Source: Macrostomum lignano (Eukaryota). From it: DNA of 62,225 nucleotides. Numbering within the stretch: position 1 is the first letter of the stretch; each line of letters opens with the position of its first letter. A model generated the notes under the pieces. The model searched no databases. It was not told where the DNA came from and saw only the letters and a program-made list of their open reading frames with translations. The position numbers and the translations under genes are program-made. The stretch covers positions 1-62,225 of the forward strand of contig NIVC01004060.1 of assembly GCA_002269645.1 (NCBI GenBank), in the 5' to 3' direction. Positions 46,143 through 59,355 of the stretch are shown in pieces.

Positions 46143-47309
46143 CTATTACTATCTTGACAAAGTCAGCACAGAGCACAAGCGTACATAGCAAGGCCGTGTT
46201 GCGTAATTTTATGAATTTGTTCCTATAGATCAGTCTGGAGGTCATTTAAAGGTCAGCGATACCTCAAAGTCCAGCGGCTGCGGGCAGTGGGCCCAGCTGT
46301 AGTTGCCAACTGAGCTGCAGTTTAGCATCTCAGCGATGATCGGCAGCGGCAGCATTGGTCGGCTCTGACAAGAATTGGTGATTGAGTTCGATGATCTTCG
46401 TACAGACTGTGCACCTGCGCTCTCTGTAGCACGAGTCAGCCGCCCAAGCTGGGAATTAATGGGGCGCGAGTGAAGATCGCATCTGGTTTATAAATCCAGA
46501 ACGGGCAGGAGTGACGGATCACTGCTCGGCAGCCATTGGCTGCACAGGGGAGCTACTTGAGAACTGAGCTCATCATCATTTGCTGACGTCAGCCCGATTC
46601 TAGACCCCAGAGTCTCTGGTTTTTCCCCACTCGTATTTGGTTCAATCTGCTAATGCAGAATGGCTCTCCCATCTGCTTTCTATTCTCGATTCAAATCTGG
46701 CATTTCCGGGTTGTCCCAAAAGTTCCCGGAATGTCTCTTTCACTAATCAATGTGTAAATAAAATTTTACACAGCAAAAACTTTACTGTTGACTCTCAAGT
46801 CTCAAGTCTCTCAACCCCCCCGGTATCCGCGGGTTGCCAGAATTTCCAGTTTCATGCATGATACGAGCTGGACTCGTGTAGCTCGATGAAGCGTTTCCCT
46901 TTGTCTCGATTTTATCTGACTCTTTTAACAGTAGAACTACCAAGAAGGGGGGGGGGGAAATTCCCCCCCCCCTGACAATTTTTTTAGCTGCGCCGGAATG
47001 GAGCAACGCAGGTACACGAAATTCAAGAACACGGGCTAACTTTTTGTTGCGCACCTTCTCAAACAAGAATCAGTCGCCAGCCCTTCGGACCGTCGAGATA
47101 TTCGACGATTCTGCCAGAAGGTCGGATTTTTCCCATAAGCGCTAGTGTATTCAGTGCACCCCTGTGCGCCAATCAGCACTGCGCCTCAGTGCAGCCTTGC
47201 CAAGCCTCCAAATTTCATCAGCACGTCGAACACATGTGTCTGCATCAGTTCTGACTTCGTTGGTCACTAGCCTTCACATGAAAAATCACGCTCAGGTGTC
47301 CTTACTCCC

Positions 47310-47783
47310 CTGGTGCCACCTGTTGAAGGTGCCGACGGCGTCCGGGTGATGGCTGAATGCTTGACTGACTAGCTGAGAATGTCCAGCAGTTGAGGTTTGC
47401 TCATTATTGAAGCTTGATAAGAAAAACCTGACATATTTGCAACAGGATGTCCATAGTCACCTGGTGTAATCTGTTGAAGGAGCCGACGGCGTCCGGGTGA
47501 TGGCTGAATGCTTGACTGACTAGCTGAGAATGTCCAGCAGTTGAGGTTTGCTCATTATTGAAGCTTGATAAGAAAAACCTGACATATTTGCAACAGGATG
47601 TCCATAGTCACCTGGTGTAATCTGTTGAAGGAGCCGACTGCGTCGGGATGATGACGAAATGCTTGAGAGACTAGCTGAGAATGTCTGGCGGTTGATTCTT
47701 GCCCACTGTCGAGGCTTGATCGGCGAAACTAGAGAAATCCGCATCAGGGTGTCCATAGTCACCTGGTGCCACCTGTTGAAGGT
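47310..47783. repeat. 151-bp tandem repeat (~3 copies, the last diverged)
   Basis: gccgac recurs at 47331, 47482 and 47633. Confidence 0.85.
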
Positions 47784-48164
47784 CTAGAAGCTCCGTCTCG
47801 GTGAAGGCCAGTAACCAACGAAGTCAGAGCTGATGCAGACACATTTCTTCACATCCTTGACACTTCAGTTTAGCAGCTTCTTTCACAACTCCGACTCTTC
47901 ATATCTCAGTTAGGGTTAGGGTTTAGCTGGTAGGAAATGGGAAGCGTCGGAAATATGAAGTCGAAGATGAGAAAGCAGCCTCCCCTACAGGAAGGCTAAT
48001 TGCACGAGCAGAGCCAAGCCGAGATTCCAGTAATAGCCCAAATTAATTTTTCTGCACTTGAAATCAAGCCACGCTGGACCCACTATGCTACGCCCCCCCC
48101 CCCGAATGACATGCTAAGCAGAATTTTAAAAATTGAAATTTATAACTAATAGACATTTTGAGCA

Positions 48165-48752
48165 TTGGTTGCATTGGTTAAATACCGGTACATCTTTTGC
48201 ATGAGCAACGGTGATGGTTGCATTGGTTACATACCGGTACATATTTTGCATGAGCAACGGTGATGGTTGCATTGGTTACATACCGGTACATATTTTGCAT
48301 GAGCAACGGTGATGGTTGCATTGGTTACATACCGGTACATCTTTAGCATGAGCAACGGTGATGGTTGCATTGGTTAAATACCGGTACATCTTTAGCATGA
48401 GCAACGGTGATGGTTGCATTGGTTACATACCGGTACATCTTTAGCATGAGCAATGGTGAAGATGGTTGCATTGGTTAAATACCGGTACATCTTTAGCATG
48501 AGCAACGGTGAAGATGGTTGCATTGGTTACATACCGGTACATCTTTAGCATGAGCAACGGTGAAGATGGTTGCATTGGTTACATACCGGTACATCTTTAG
48601 CATGAGCAACGGTGATGGTTGCATTGGTTACATACCGGTACATCTTTAGCATGAGCAACGGTGATGGTTGCATTGGTTACATACCGGTACATCTTTAGCA
48701 TGAGCAACGGTGATGGTTGCATTGGTTACATACCGGTACATCTTTAGCATGA
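48165..48752. repeat. 49/52-bp tandem repeat (~12 copies)
   Basis: Unit ggttgcattggttacataccggtacatctttagcatgagcaacggtgat. Confidence 0.95.
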
Positions 48753-50028
48753 ACAAATTTTTCAACAAGCGCTCGGCTTACCCAAGACTCTGCGACGCCT
48801 CCCGAGGCGATCAAGCCTGGGAGTAATCACGCGATCGGCCTCTCAAGAAATTATCCTTATTACTGACGCGAACGTCAGAGCACGAGCTGAAGATCTCAAC
48901 GGCTGCTTTCGACTTGATGCTCGCACTCGTATGTCTGCGTTGCAACATGTAATTTCATTGGCTGTCCCAAGTGTCGCCTTTGATGTGAAATGCAGATGGA
49001 TGCTGGCCCGGAGTCTTATCTGCTGAGGCCAGGAGAATTCCGCCGAACTCTTACTCCGCCTGACACTGCCGATATCTTTCATGCTGCTGCAGTAGTAGGA
49101 ATCAAACAGCATGCTTGAGCATGCAAATTAATCTGACAGGACAGCTGAAGTCGCTTGCTTTGATCATTTTTCATCAGCAATACCGCCAATACTAGCTGTG
49201 TCTGGGGCGTGTGCCTTTGAACGGTGCAGTGCAAGCTGGATCCGTGCTTGCAGACACTGTAAGACAAATCAATATCAGCAGAAAAGAAGGCAGACACTGC
49301 AGACAGCTACAGTCAGTACAGAGCAATCTGAGGATAAAAATCTCATGAGGATCAAAGGGTCTCATGCTGTCTACAATCGAAATCTTCTTCTTGTTTAACC
49401 TCCCTAACGATGGTCGAATTGCTAATGAAGTGCGCGAAGAACGGCAAGAAGGCACGCGCGTGCAGACGTCAGAAAGAACTTTTTTGCCTTCTCCGCTCCG
49501 CTATCTATGCGTAAACAATCATAGACGGGTTCTTGATTTCTCACGAACTGCAAAGCACTCATTTTTCTCTGCTGTATTTGTCTTTTTAAAGTTTCGCTTT
49601 GTGAAAAACCCTCTTAAGTGGGTTACTCTTGCGAGCTGAAAAGCCGCTTGGATTTGGACGAGAATCAGCCTCAAGTCTGCTTTGAGAACGCCCTTTCGTA
49701 AAGAGATTACTTGATTCGATAAGCCACGTCAATGTAGGCTGACTGTCGGATCTGTCAAGTTGATGCAGACCCTTACATTCCATATAAAATGCTGTACTTT
49801 TACTTTGTATATCATCTGTAGCGCGCATATAGGCACGCTATATGCTCGTAGGCACGCCTGTCCGTATACATGTAGACGTACGAAGGGCGATCTTCCAGTT
49901 TACCGCTCTAAAATATTTTACACGTAAAAACGCATTTCAGCAAGGACAAAATGCCAGCAGGACGTCCACCTGCTTCAAGCAACATTGTTCCACCAGGAGA
50001 AATGTGACCTACAAATGAGCTCTGTGAC

Positions 50029-50510
50029 ATGGACACCAACCATCGAGATTTGGTAGTACTACTGCCGGATGCTGATGCAGCTATGCGATGGCTTGCCAAG
50101 TACCACCTTCTGAAGAACACTCAGAAGTGTGATGTCTGCAGCATTGCCATGAGGCTACAACGTCGACAGGAAGCTGAGTATGTTAATGGCTGGTGCTGGT
50201 CCTGCAAGGAGTGCAAGCGACATCGATCAAGTCGCCGTGGGTCATTCTTCGAAGGGAGCCATCTATCGCTGGTACAACTAATGGATGTTGTGTACTTCTG
50301 GTCACCAAATGCCAAGCTTGCTGACATTGTGCATGAAGTCCGGATTAGTCACACAACTGCTGTAGACTGGCTCAGCTTCATTCGTGACGTCTGTGCGCAG
50401 TACATCATTGACCATCCAATGCAGCTGGGCGGTGCTGGCATTGATGTAGCAATCGATGAAAGCAAGTTCATGCACCGCAAGTATCACCAAGGGCAGTACC
50501 GAGAAGGCTC
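50029..50510 (+). mobile_element. Truncated Merlin / IS1595 (ISXO2-like) transposase
   Basis: Zinc ribbon C..C...M...W.W.C..C; RRGSFFEGSHLSL; GGAGIDVAIDESKFMHRKYHQG. Homology ends after GQYREG. Confidence 0.85.
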
Positions 50511-51774
50511 ATATGGAACATACTCTACTGGATTTCCCATTACTATCCCATGTGAAAACTCTTTGGTTGGTGCCCCCTATACTTTGACTGCACCAAGTTA
50601 CTGCAGGAGTATACTGCACTAGTTAGTTATCTTGGCGCTAATCGCTGATGACCCGCTGACCTGCTAACTCTAAAAAATGACGAAGCAACTTCACTCTGAG
50701 CGGTCAACGATTATCCAAGCTCATTAGAGATGCCTTCACAGTACCCAATTGCTTCACTTCCGCTGGTGCTTGTGGATCACAAACCCAAAATATCACAGCA
50801 CCGAAAACGCTTTACCAACAATGCCCATCATAAATCCGAAATATCATAACACCAAAAGTGCTAGCAATGCCCTTTATAGGACCGATGCTATTCTAGTTTT
50901 CAGCGTTATGATGTTTCGGATTTGAGATGGCGACCCGGCTTTGTCGGGGTTAAATGCATCTTATGGCTCCTTACTCAGTGATGTAGGAACTTCGTCCAGA
51001 GGAATTCTGCACCTCACCTATCCGGCAAAATTTTTGAGATGATTGAATGCAAAAAGGCAGCAAAAAACAGCGAAAAAAAGGACGCGCCAAGCAGGCAAAA
51101 TTGAAAAAATTACAGTAAAAGTTCCTCCAAAATTTTGTCTTGATTTAATTTGACAGTTTCAAAATTTGCCAAGAGCCTCTGCTTTCACATCTGTATTTAC
51201 AGTCCTATACTGCATGCAGGGACACTTCGTTTCTAGAAAATTGGAAGACTTACCAAAGTTTTGAGCTTAAAAGTTGATTAGATGGCATCTTAAGAGTACT
51301 TATAAGACAAGCAGACCTACTTATAGTAATACATAGTTTTATGGCTATTACAGCTTCTAATTGAAATCCAAGAGACAGTAAAATGAGCCAAGTGCCAATC
51401 CTACCCCAGAATCACCGGAGAAGGAGGTCCGACAACCGGAGGTTACGGCTAAGCTGGTTTGAACCATAGTTTCCTACCGGCTCAAGAATCCCAGTTATAG
51501 CTCCCGGGACAGTCGATGAGTTCTGTTCGACCGTAGAATCGCCGACGCTACTGACGGAGCATTCGATGTTTTCGATGTTCATGTTCAGGGAGATGCCGAC
51601 ATTCGATGTTCAGGGAGATGCCGACTCCCCTGAGCAGGCATACAATTAAGGGCGCGGATACGTACGCAGGCACACACTCACACAGGAGTGTACAGTGGCC
51701 CTAACTTTATTTTATCGTTAGGCATGTACACTTCACTGCGCCTTGGGGGGGGGGGGGGTTGGCTCTCAAAGCCG

Positions 51775-51897
51775 TTAATTGCACGAGCAGAGCCAAGCCG
51801 AGATTCCAATTCAGCCCCAAATTAATGTGACTGCACTTGGAATCGAGCCTGGGTCGCTGGTACATCAGAGCCTGCGCTAGACCACTGGGCTACGGCC
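51775..51897 (-). mobile_element. tRNA-derived SINE-like element; a partial second copy lies at ~47995-48090
   Basis: Minus strand GGCCGTAGCCCAGTGGTCTAGCGC (A box)...GGCTCGATTCC (B box); the body aattgcacgagcagagccaagccgagattcca is shared with 47998-48030. Confidence 0.6.
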
Positions 51898-52329
51898 AAA
51901 TTCAGCATACTAATTTTTTATACTGTAGTTTATATATGTATTTTCTGTTGTTTTACTTTTTATTATATTGTTTTACGTTTTACTTCTATAATCTATAAAG
52001 ATTTTTTCAACTTTAAATGCATGTATTTCTGAGAATCTTTAGTTTAACATTCATTTTAAATCAAGTCACGAATCACGATGTCTGAACTGAACTGAACATG
52101 CAGTGAAAATGACTGAAAATGACATGACATACAGTGAAACACGGAGTGGAGCTTATATTGAGGTGCTGCACGCAAATTAATTGCAGCTATAAGCTATTTA
52201 GTGGATTTGTCAGAGGATTCTCAGAAAAAAATGTATAAGTAACATTCAAAATTATACTATCTAGATACTTCAAACTTGTAGTACCTTTGCTTTACAGGCT
52301 TTATATATTTAGTAGTAGTGCCTAGAGGC

Positions 52330-52680
52330 ACTATATTGAATGAATCAATTTCCCAGAAATGTCATTGGCACTGAAATTAATAGATTCATCTCTAATAAAA
52401 TGACAGACAAACCAAGCTTTGCTTCTGATAAGGATGTGTTAAAAACTTGCCTGAGCATGGTCTTGCCTTTCTATGGTAGCTGCTCTAACCTGTTGAAGAA
52501 GAAAATTGAAAAAAAGCCTCTGTAAATTCTTTAACACACCTATTAAGATAGTTTTCTGCGCTGCTAAGGTCAGCCAATATGTTAGTAGACTGAAATCCCA
52601 TGTTCCTCTTGCTCTGGTGGCAGGTGTTGTGTATAAGTTCTCTTGTTCTGTTGACCAGAACATTACCTATATAGGTAAGG
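52330..52680 (+). mobile_element. Penelope-like retroelement fragment (RT thumb to the start of GIY-YIG)
   Basis: NQFPRNVI; LPFYGSCS..L; IVF..K..KSHVPLALVAGVVYKFSCS...ITYIGK; frameshifted and truncated. Confidence 0.72.
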
Positions 52681-53645
52681 TAAAACTAAAAGGCACTGGT
52701 ACACCAGAGTCAGAGAGCATTGGTTGAAAAATTCGGCTATCTAAGACCAACTGCTCTGTTGCAACAGCTGTTGCAAAATTGAGCAAACTCAGCAGTTCAA
52801 CATTATTGATTGGTGTAGGACTGACTTTAGGCTTAATATACTTGAATCCATGTACATTAAAAACCAAAAACCAAATCTGAATATTCAGCTCTCCCATAGT
52901 GGTGCAGGCCATTTGCTCAAGGTGTTCTAAGTGAAGGCACAAACCTGAACAATGTACTTGTAATCTCTGCTCATTTACTTTGAAAATTCTGCCCATGATC
53001 TGCCCCTTGCACTGTACAGTAAACATTTGTTTGCTTATCTCTTATAAAAGTTGTTGTGTGACTAAAAATACACCAAACCTGAAGATTGTTGGACCAAAAC
53101 GCATTGAAAGAATATATAATCTATGTTGATTTTCAGTTTTATCTTTCTTTACCTTCTAAAGCATGCTAGCTTACCTCAACTTTAATTTTAAAATCTCAAA
53201 TTTGGACCTTAGATGCCAAATTGGCAACCCATTTTTCCAAGCTAATTGTCACTTAATTTTAAATTCCATATTTTTCTATAGTTTATATTTTGATTTAAAG
53301 TAAGCATATTAATACTTTTAGAATTATTAGGATTCTTAAGATTTCAAGCTTCTATCAATTGTCAAATTTGAATAATCTATAAACTTAAAGTTTGCAGAGT
53401 TCTACAATTTTGAGATGCTTAAGATAGAGTTATTTATATCTTATTTAATGTTAATTTTTCTACTAATGCCAGCTAGCATCTGGGTTTTCAATTGGGCATC
53501 CCAAATTTCAGTTTAAATTTAAACCCAGGATCTCAGTGATTCTATTGCTTAAAATTTTAAAATGCAATTAAGATTATTAGGCTATTATTATCCACAATGA
53601 GATCACTTTGAGCCATAAAACCACCCCAATGGCCAACCAAAACTC

Positions 53646-55512
53646 ATGGCGGGCAAATCAAAGAGGCGGCGGCAGCCAATAAAAAGCAGCAGCAAGCAGA
53701 AGCAGCAATCAGCTGCACAGTTGGCAGTGAAGAAGCCGGCCAAAGCCAAGCCAGTGCAGGCGGCCGCAGCCTGGCAGCGCTGGCTGATCAAATCCGAGCC
53801 AGAGAGCCGCATCGAGGCCAATGGCGAGGAGATGAAGTTCAGCCTTGACGATCTCAGGCAGCAGCCCGATGGCACAGCCGTCTGGGACGGTGTCAGGAAC
53901 TACCAGGCCAGGAATTTCCTGCGTGACAGCATGCAGCCAGGCCACCTGGCCTTCTTCTACCACAGCAACTGCAAGCAGCCTGGCATTGTTGGCATTTCCC
54001 GTATTGTTAGGTGAGTAGCCTGCTTTTGTGATTGCAGAATCCCCCCCTCAAGCTGCATCCAACTGGAATCCGCCCCCCTCCAGCTGCATCCAACTGGAAT
54101 CCGCCCCCCTCAGCTGCATCCATCTAGAATCCGCCCCCCTCAGCTGCATCCATCTAGAATCCGCCCCCCTCAGCTGCATCTATCTAGAATCCGCCCCTCC
54201 TCAGCTGAATCCAGCTAAAATCCGCCCCCTCAGCTGCATCTATCTAGAATCCGCCCCTCCTCAGCTGCATCCATCTAGGATCCGCCCCCCTCAACTGCAT
54301 CCATCTAGAATGCGCCCCTCCTCAGCTCCATCCATCTAGAATCCGCCCCTCCTCAGCTGAATCCAGCTAAAATCCGCCCCCTCAACTGCATCCATCTAGA
54401 ATCCGCCCCTCCTCAGCTGCATCCATCTAGAATCCGCCCCCCTCAGCTGCATCCATCTAGAATCCGCCCCCCTCAGCTGCATCTATCTAGAATCCGCCCC
54501 TCCTCAGCTGAATCCAGCTAAAATCCGCCCCCTCAGCTGCATCTATCTAGAATCCGCCCCTCCTCAGCTGCATCCATCTAGGATCCGCCCCCCTCAACTG
54601 CATCCATCTAGAATGCGCCCCTCCTCAGCTCCATCCATCTAGAATCCGCCCCTCCTCAGCTGAATCCAGCTAAAATCCGCCCCCTCAACTGCATCCATCT
54701 AGAATCCGCCCCTCCTCAGCTGAATCCAGCTAAAATCCGCCCCCTCAACTGCATCCATCTAGAATCCGCCCCTCCTCAGCTGAATCCAGCTAAAATCCGC
54801 CCCCTCAGCTGCACCAGCTGCATCCAACTGGAATCCGCCCCCCTCAGCTGCATCCATCTAAAATCCGCCCCCCTCAACTGCATATATCTAGAATCCGCCC
54901 CCACTCTCAGCTGAATTCAGCTGGAATCCGCCCCCCTCAGCTGCATCCAACTGAAATCCACCCCCTCAACTGCATCCAGTTGGAATCCGCCCCCCTCAAC
55001 TGCATATATCTAGAATCCGCCCCCCTCAGCTGCATCTATCTAGAATCCGCCCCCCCCCACTCTCAGCTGCATCCAGTTGGAATCCGCCCCTCAGCTGCAT
55101 CCAACTGGAATCCGCCCCCCCCAGCTGCATCCATCTAGAATCCGCCCCCCCTCAGCTGCATCCATCTAGAATCCGCCCCATCCAACCGGAGTCCGCCCCA
55201 TCCAACCGGAATCCGCCCCTCAGCCGCGGCTACCCGGACCCGACCCAGTTCGAACCCGGACGGGCGCACTTCGACGCAGCCTCCCAGCCGTCCAATCCGC
55301 GCTGGTTCGCTGTCGACGTGAAATTCGAGTCGGAGCTGCCGCGGCCGCTGCCCCTGGCGGAGCTGCGCGAGCTGCACCTGGCGCACAAGCAGTCCGGCGG
55401 GCCGCTGCGCAACCTGGCACTGTGCACCTGCCCCAGGCTCTCTGTGCAGCCAGTCAGCGATGAGGAATGGCGCTTTCTCACCCAGCTTGCTGGCGTGCCA
55501 GAGAAGGATTGA
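53646..55512 (+). CDS. THYN1: Thymocyte nuclear protein 1 (EVE domain); exons 53646-54010 and 55224-55512; 217 aa
   Basis: WLIKSEPESR..KFSLDDL..WDGVRNYQARNFLRD.MQPG.LAFFYHSNCKQPGIVG; exon 2 YPDPTQF..NPRW..VDVKF..PLAEL..GGPL..PRLSVQPV. The phase-2 GT-AG intron is consistent. Confidence 0.93.
54038..55223. repeat. ~30-bp intronic minisatellite (THYN1 intron)
   Basis: Unit gaatccgcccc(t)ctcagctgcatccatcta. Confidence 0.95.
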
Positions 55513-55794
55513 CCTTTGGCAGCTGAGTGATTGATTGACTTTTTTAACTCCTGCATTTTCTCAACTCTGCAATATGCGCTAACTACTGTTTAATAAACCC
55601 GCTCAATGCATTCGCGTGTTAGTTTTATTGTTCTTAAAAACCGTTCAACACTACTAATGATCAGTAGTTTAATTGTTACAATTGGCTTTTTATTCTTTAA
55701 AAACTCTTTTTCTTTGTTGTACCAAAATTCACAAGAATGCCACGACGATCAATGCTAAACCTCGCAGCTGTGTAACCAGGGGCGCTCACGACTG

Positions 55795-56870
55795 AGATGA
55801 GGTAGCTAGGCGCTCACTGAAGCGAATGAGATGAGGTAGCTACATGTAGAGGCGCTCACTGAAGCTACTGAGATGAGGTAGCTAGGCACTCACTGAAGCT
55901 ACTGAGATGGAGGTAGCTAGGCGCTCACTGAAGCTACTGAGATGAGGTAGCTAGGCGTTCACCGAAGCTACTGAGATGAGGTAGCTAGGCGCTCACTGAA
56001 GCTACTGAGATAAGGTAGCTAGGCACTCACTGAAGCTACTGAGATGAGGTAGCTAGGCAACTCACTGAAGCTACTGAGATGAGGTAGCTAGGCGCTCACT
56101 GAAGCTACTGAGATGAGGTAGCTAGGCACTCACTGAGGCTACTGAGATGAGGTAGCTAGGCACTCACTGAAGCTACTGAGATGAGGTAGCTACATGTAGA
56201 GGCGCTCACTGAAGCTACTGAAATGAGGTAGCTACATGTAGAGGCGCTCACTGAAGCTACTGAGATGAGGTAGCTAGGCACTCACTGAAGCTACTGAGAT
56301 GAGGTAGCTACATGTAGAGGCGCTCACTGAAGCTACTGAGATGAGGTAGCTAGGCACTCACTGAAGCTACTGAGATGAGGTAGCTACATGTAGAGGCGCT
56401 CACTGAAGCTACTGAAATGAGGTAGCTACATGTAGAGGCGCTCACTGAAGCTACTGAGATGAGGTAGCTAGGCACTCACTGAAGCTACTGAGATGAGGTA
56501 GCTACATGTAGAGGCGCTCACTGAAGCTACTGAGATGAGGTAGCTACATGTAGAGGCGCTCACTGAAGCTACTGAGATGAGGTAGCTAGGCACTCACTGA
56601 AGCTACTGAGATGAGGTAGCTGGGCGCTCACTGAAGCTACTGAGATGAGGTAGCTAGGCACTCACTGAAGCTACTGAGATGAGGTAGCTAGGCACTCACT
56701 GAAGCTACTGAGATGGAGGTAGCTTGGCGCTCACTGAAGCGACTGAGATGAGGTAGCTAGGCACTCAATGAAGCGACTGAGATGAGGTAGAGGCGCTCAC
56801 TGAAACGTCTGAGATGAGGTAGAGGCGCTCACTGAAGCGTCTGAGATGAGGTAGTAGCGCTCACGACAAA
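55795..56870. repeat. 30/38-bp minisatellite
   Basis: Unit ggcgctcactgaagctactgagatgaggtagcta, with an optional catgtaga insert. Confidence 0.95.
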
Positions 56871-57369
56871 TGAGGTACATGTAGTTGCGCTCACGACTTT
56901 ATGTGAAATGGAAATTTCTACTGAGATATTTTTAGAAAATTTTGGTACCGACTTCAAAACAAGCCAAGTTGCACCGATTCGCCTCTCTATCACACCAAAG
57001 CTAGCGCTGCACTTAGAAAATATAGCACCCGAAAGTGTCCATTCTGTCTCTCTCTCCAACTGTACTCCCAGAGCGCCAATGGCGTCACTCGGCCTGAAGA
57101 CCGCTGCAGACCGATCTAATTTTAGCAGCCGTTCGGCTTTGCCTAACTTTGGAATTCCGCTTGGCGTGGCCCTCTCCTCTCCCGCTCATGCATGGCTCAT
57201 GCGCTAAAAATAGCGGATAAAATTAGCAGCATGAGTCAGCCAGCGGGAATACCCTATATAATACTGGCCAAGATCTTCAAGGCTCTTTCCCCAAGCCCAA
57301 GCAGAATACGCCGGGAAATCCAGAGCGAAAGCTACACTAACAGAAGACTGAAAGCAACCGCTTGCCACC

Positions 57370-58164
57370 ATGGTGAAAAGTCTGAAGTTCCTGCGACACC
57401 GCCGCACCGACACCGGCTACTTCAGCGAGTTCCTCATCGCCAAGACGCCGAACGATCTGGAGAATCGCGAGCCTCAGCAGCAGATTGTGCTGGCGGCCGC
57501 CCCGGCAGTGCAGCAGCCGCTCCAGCATCAGCAGCTGGCGATGGTCCCCGCTGCCATCGACCTGCAGGCCTGGCCAGCCAGCCAGGAGGTCGTCATCAGC
57601 TCCGCCGCCGCCGTTGCTCCGCAGGTGCCGCCTCAGCAGGCGCCGCGACCCGCGGCAGCTAGCCTGAACTCTTACCGTCTGGCCAGGCGGCGCGAGCGGA
57701 ACCGGGCCGCGGCTGCCAAGTGCCGGCAGCGCCGTCAGGACCGGCTGGAGACGCTGGCCGACTGTGTCAGGGATCTGGAGGCGGCCAACGGGGACCTGGA
57801 GGCAGAGGTGGCCGAGCTGGCCGCTGCCAGGGCCCAGCTGGAGGCGCAGCTGAGGTCGCACCGGGCGCACTGCCAGTTGCCCGGCCCGATGGCCGCGGAC
57901 GCCGATGACTCGCAGTTCCTCTCCTCGTCGCCCTCTTCGCCTTCGTCTGTCTGGCTGGCGGCGCCGCCGACACCGCAGACTCCACATGAGCCGCCGCAGG
58001 CCCGCAGGCCGGCGAGTCTGTCGCTGCAGCCGGCGCCGCCACCGGACTCCGAGCTGCCTTCGCTGACGACTCCCAGGGGTTGCGGCAGCGGCCTGACGCC
58101 CTTTCTGCTGACGCCGCAGTCCGCAGTGAAGCTGGAGACGGCGTGTATGCAGCTTTCGCACTGA
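57370..58164 (+). CDS. Fos/ATF3-like bZIP transcription factor (264 aa, intronless)
   Basis: RRRERNRAAAAKCRQRR basic region, a heptad Leu zipper and the Fos-type terminal HRAHC. Confidence 0.88.
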   Translation: MVKSLKFLRHRRTDTGYFSEFLIAKTPNDLENREPQQQIVLAAAPAVQQPLQHQQLAMVPAAIDLQAWPASQEVVISSAAAVAPQVPPQQAPRPAAASLNSYRLARRRERNRAAAAKCRQRRQDRLETLADCVRDLEAANGDLEAEVAELAAARAQLEAQLRSHRAHCQLPGPMAADADDSQFLSSSPSSPSSVWLAAPPTPQTPHEPPQARRPASLSLQPAPPPDSELPSLTTPRGCGSGLTPFLLTPQSAVKLETACMQLSH

Positions 58165-59355
58165 TTGTAGATGAGCAATATGGCACTGCAGATTAACTAA
58201 CTGACACCGAATCATAATCTTCACTGCGTCTGTTTAATCCTTTATACACTAAAGTACTATTTTTCATTTGTCGGTGGCATTCGTTTGTCCCGGAGCATTT
58301 TTACTCGTAAGATGCGTGATACATGTACGCAAAACCCTGGTATTGTGCTTGCTCGAATTCTATGAAATATACATCATTAATTTAAGCTGAGTTAAAGCCT
58401 TATCTCAGAAGTTTCGCATTAGTTAAAATTTCACAGTCTTATCGACTACGTGAACTTTTTGAGCTTTAGGAATTTTATCTTTTTTTTGGGTACTCAAGCA
58501 GTCCCAGTCTGGCCTCAACAAGGGCCTGAGCGGCTGCAGTGCTGAGTGCTTGTTGTGAGAAGGGTTCACTATTTTTAGTCACCTGGATTTTAACTGCGTC
58601 ACAGACTTCAGGTTAGAGCTATATGGCGGTCTATGTACATTGGACTCTCTCTCCCCCATATCTCTCTCTCTTGCCAAGTGCAGTACAAGAAACAAGCAGG
58701 TTTTCGGTGTACTTTTTGAAGTGTACACTGACTGCTCGGCTGGCCGTACGAGCTACAAAATATATGTAATAAACATTATAGCCTACTGTGAGTAGGTCAG
58801 TTTGAACTGGCGATTCTTTTCAATTGACAGTTTGCTTCACAAAATATAATGCTGCTCGCACTTTGGGAATTCCCCGACTTGAGATTTTGTTCTAACGAAA
58901 ACTGTTCACTGTTTATGGCACATTTTGTTGGATTTTGTTGCCAAAGTTCCAGAATAGCCATTTGGTAACAGTTTTGGAGAGACGCCTATCTGGTTTGTTT
59001 TTTACCTTATTCATGCAGTACGAGCATTTGCAAACAGATTGTGAGTTGAAATTAGTGTACGCTCATACTAGTATTTTCAACTAAACGACTTGTGTGGGCG
59101 TCACGAACACAAATTAGACATGAGCCACAATGGAATCTATTTTCGAATCTGAGTCACATTCCTGCTGAATTGCTTTACTAAGTTAATCATTAATTTGCTT
59201 ATGATTTTATTAACGAAGTATTTGGCCTTTGCAGATTACTTCATCGCTATTTATAAATTTCTTTCAAAGGTGCTCAACAATAGCGCAGGGGAGTGTCAGT
59301 TTGGCATAAAAAGTCATTGTTACTCAGAGTGCACCAGCCAGACATTGCACCAACG

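Noticed and set aside
45775-46245. Leu/Ser/Pro and Arg/Glu/Lys-rich ORFs
   Set aside because: They are translations of the polypyrimidine repeat.
48165-48752. CRISPR array (also considered for 55795-56870 and 59560-60300)
   Set aside because: Head-to-tail repeats with no unique spacers, no cas genes and a eukaryotic context.
51825-51897. Functional tRNA gene
   Set aside because: A/B boxes are present but the acceptor stem does not pair, and the downstream body is repeated elsewhere, so it is SINE-like.
57337-58224. Minus-strand 295-aa and overlapping ORFs
   Set aside because: These are antisense shadows of the GC-rich Fos-like CDS.
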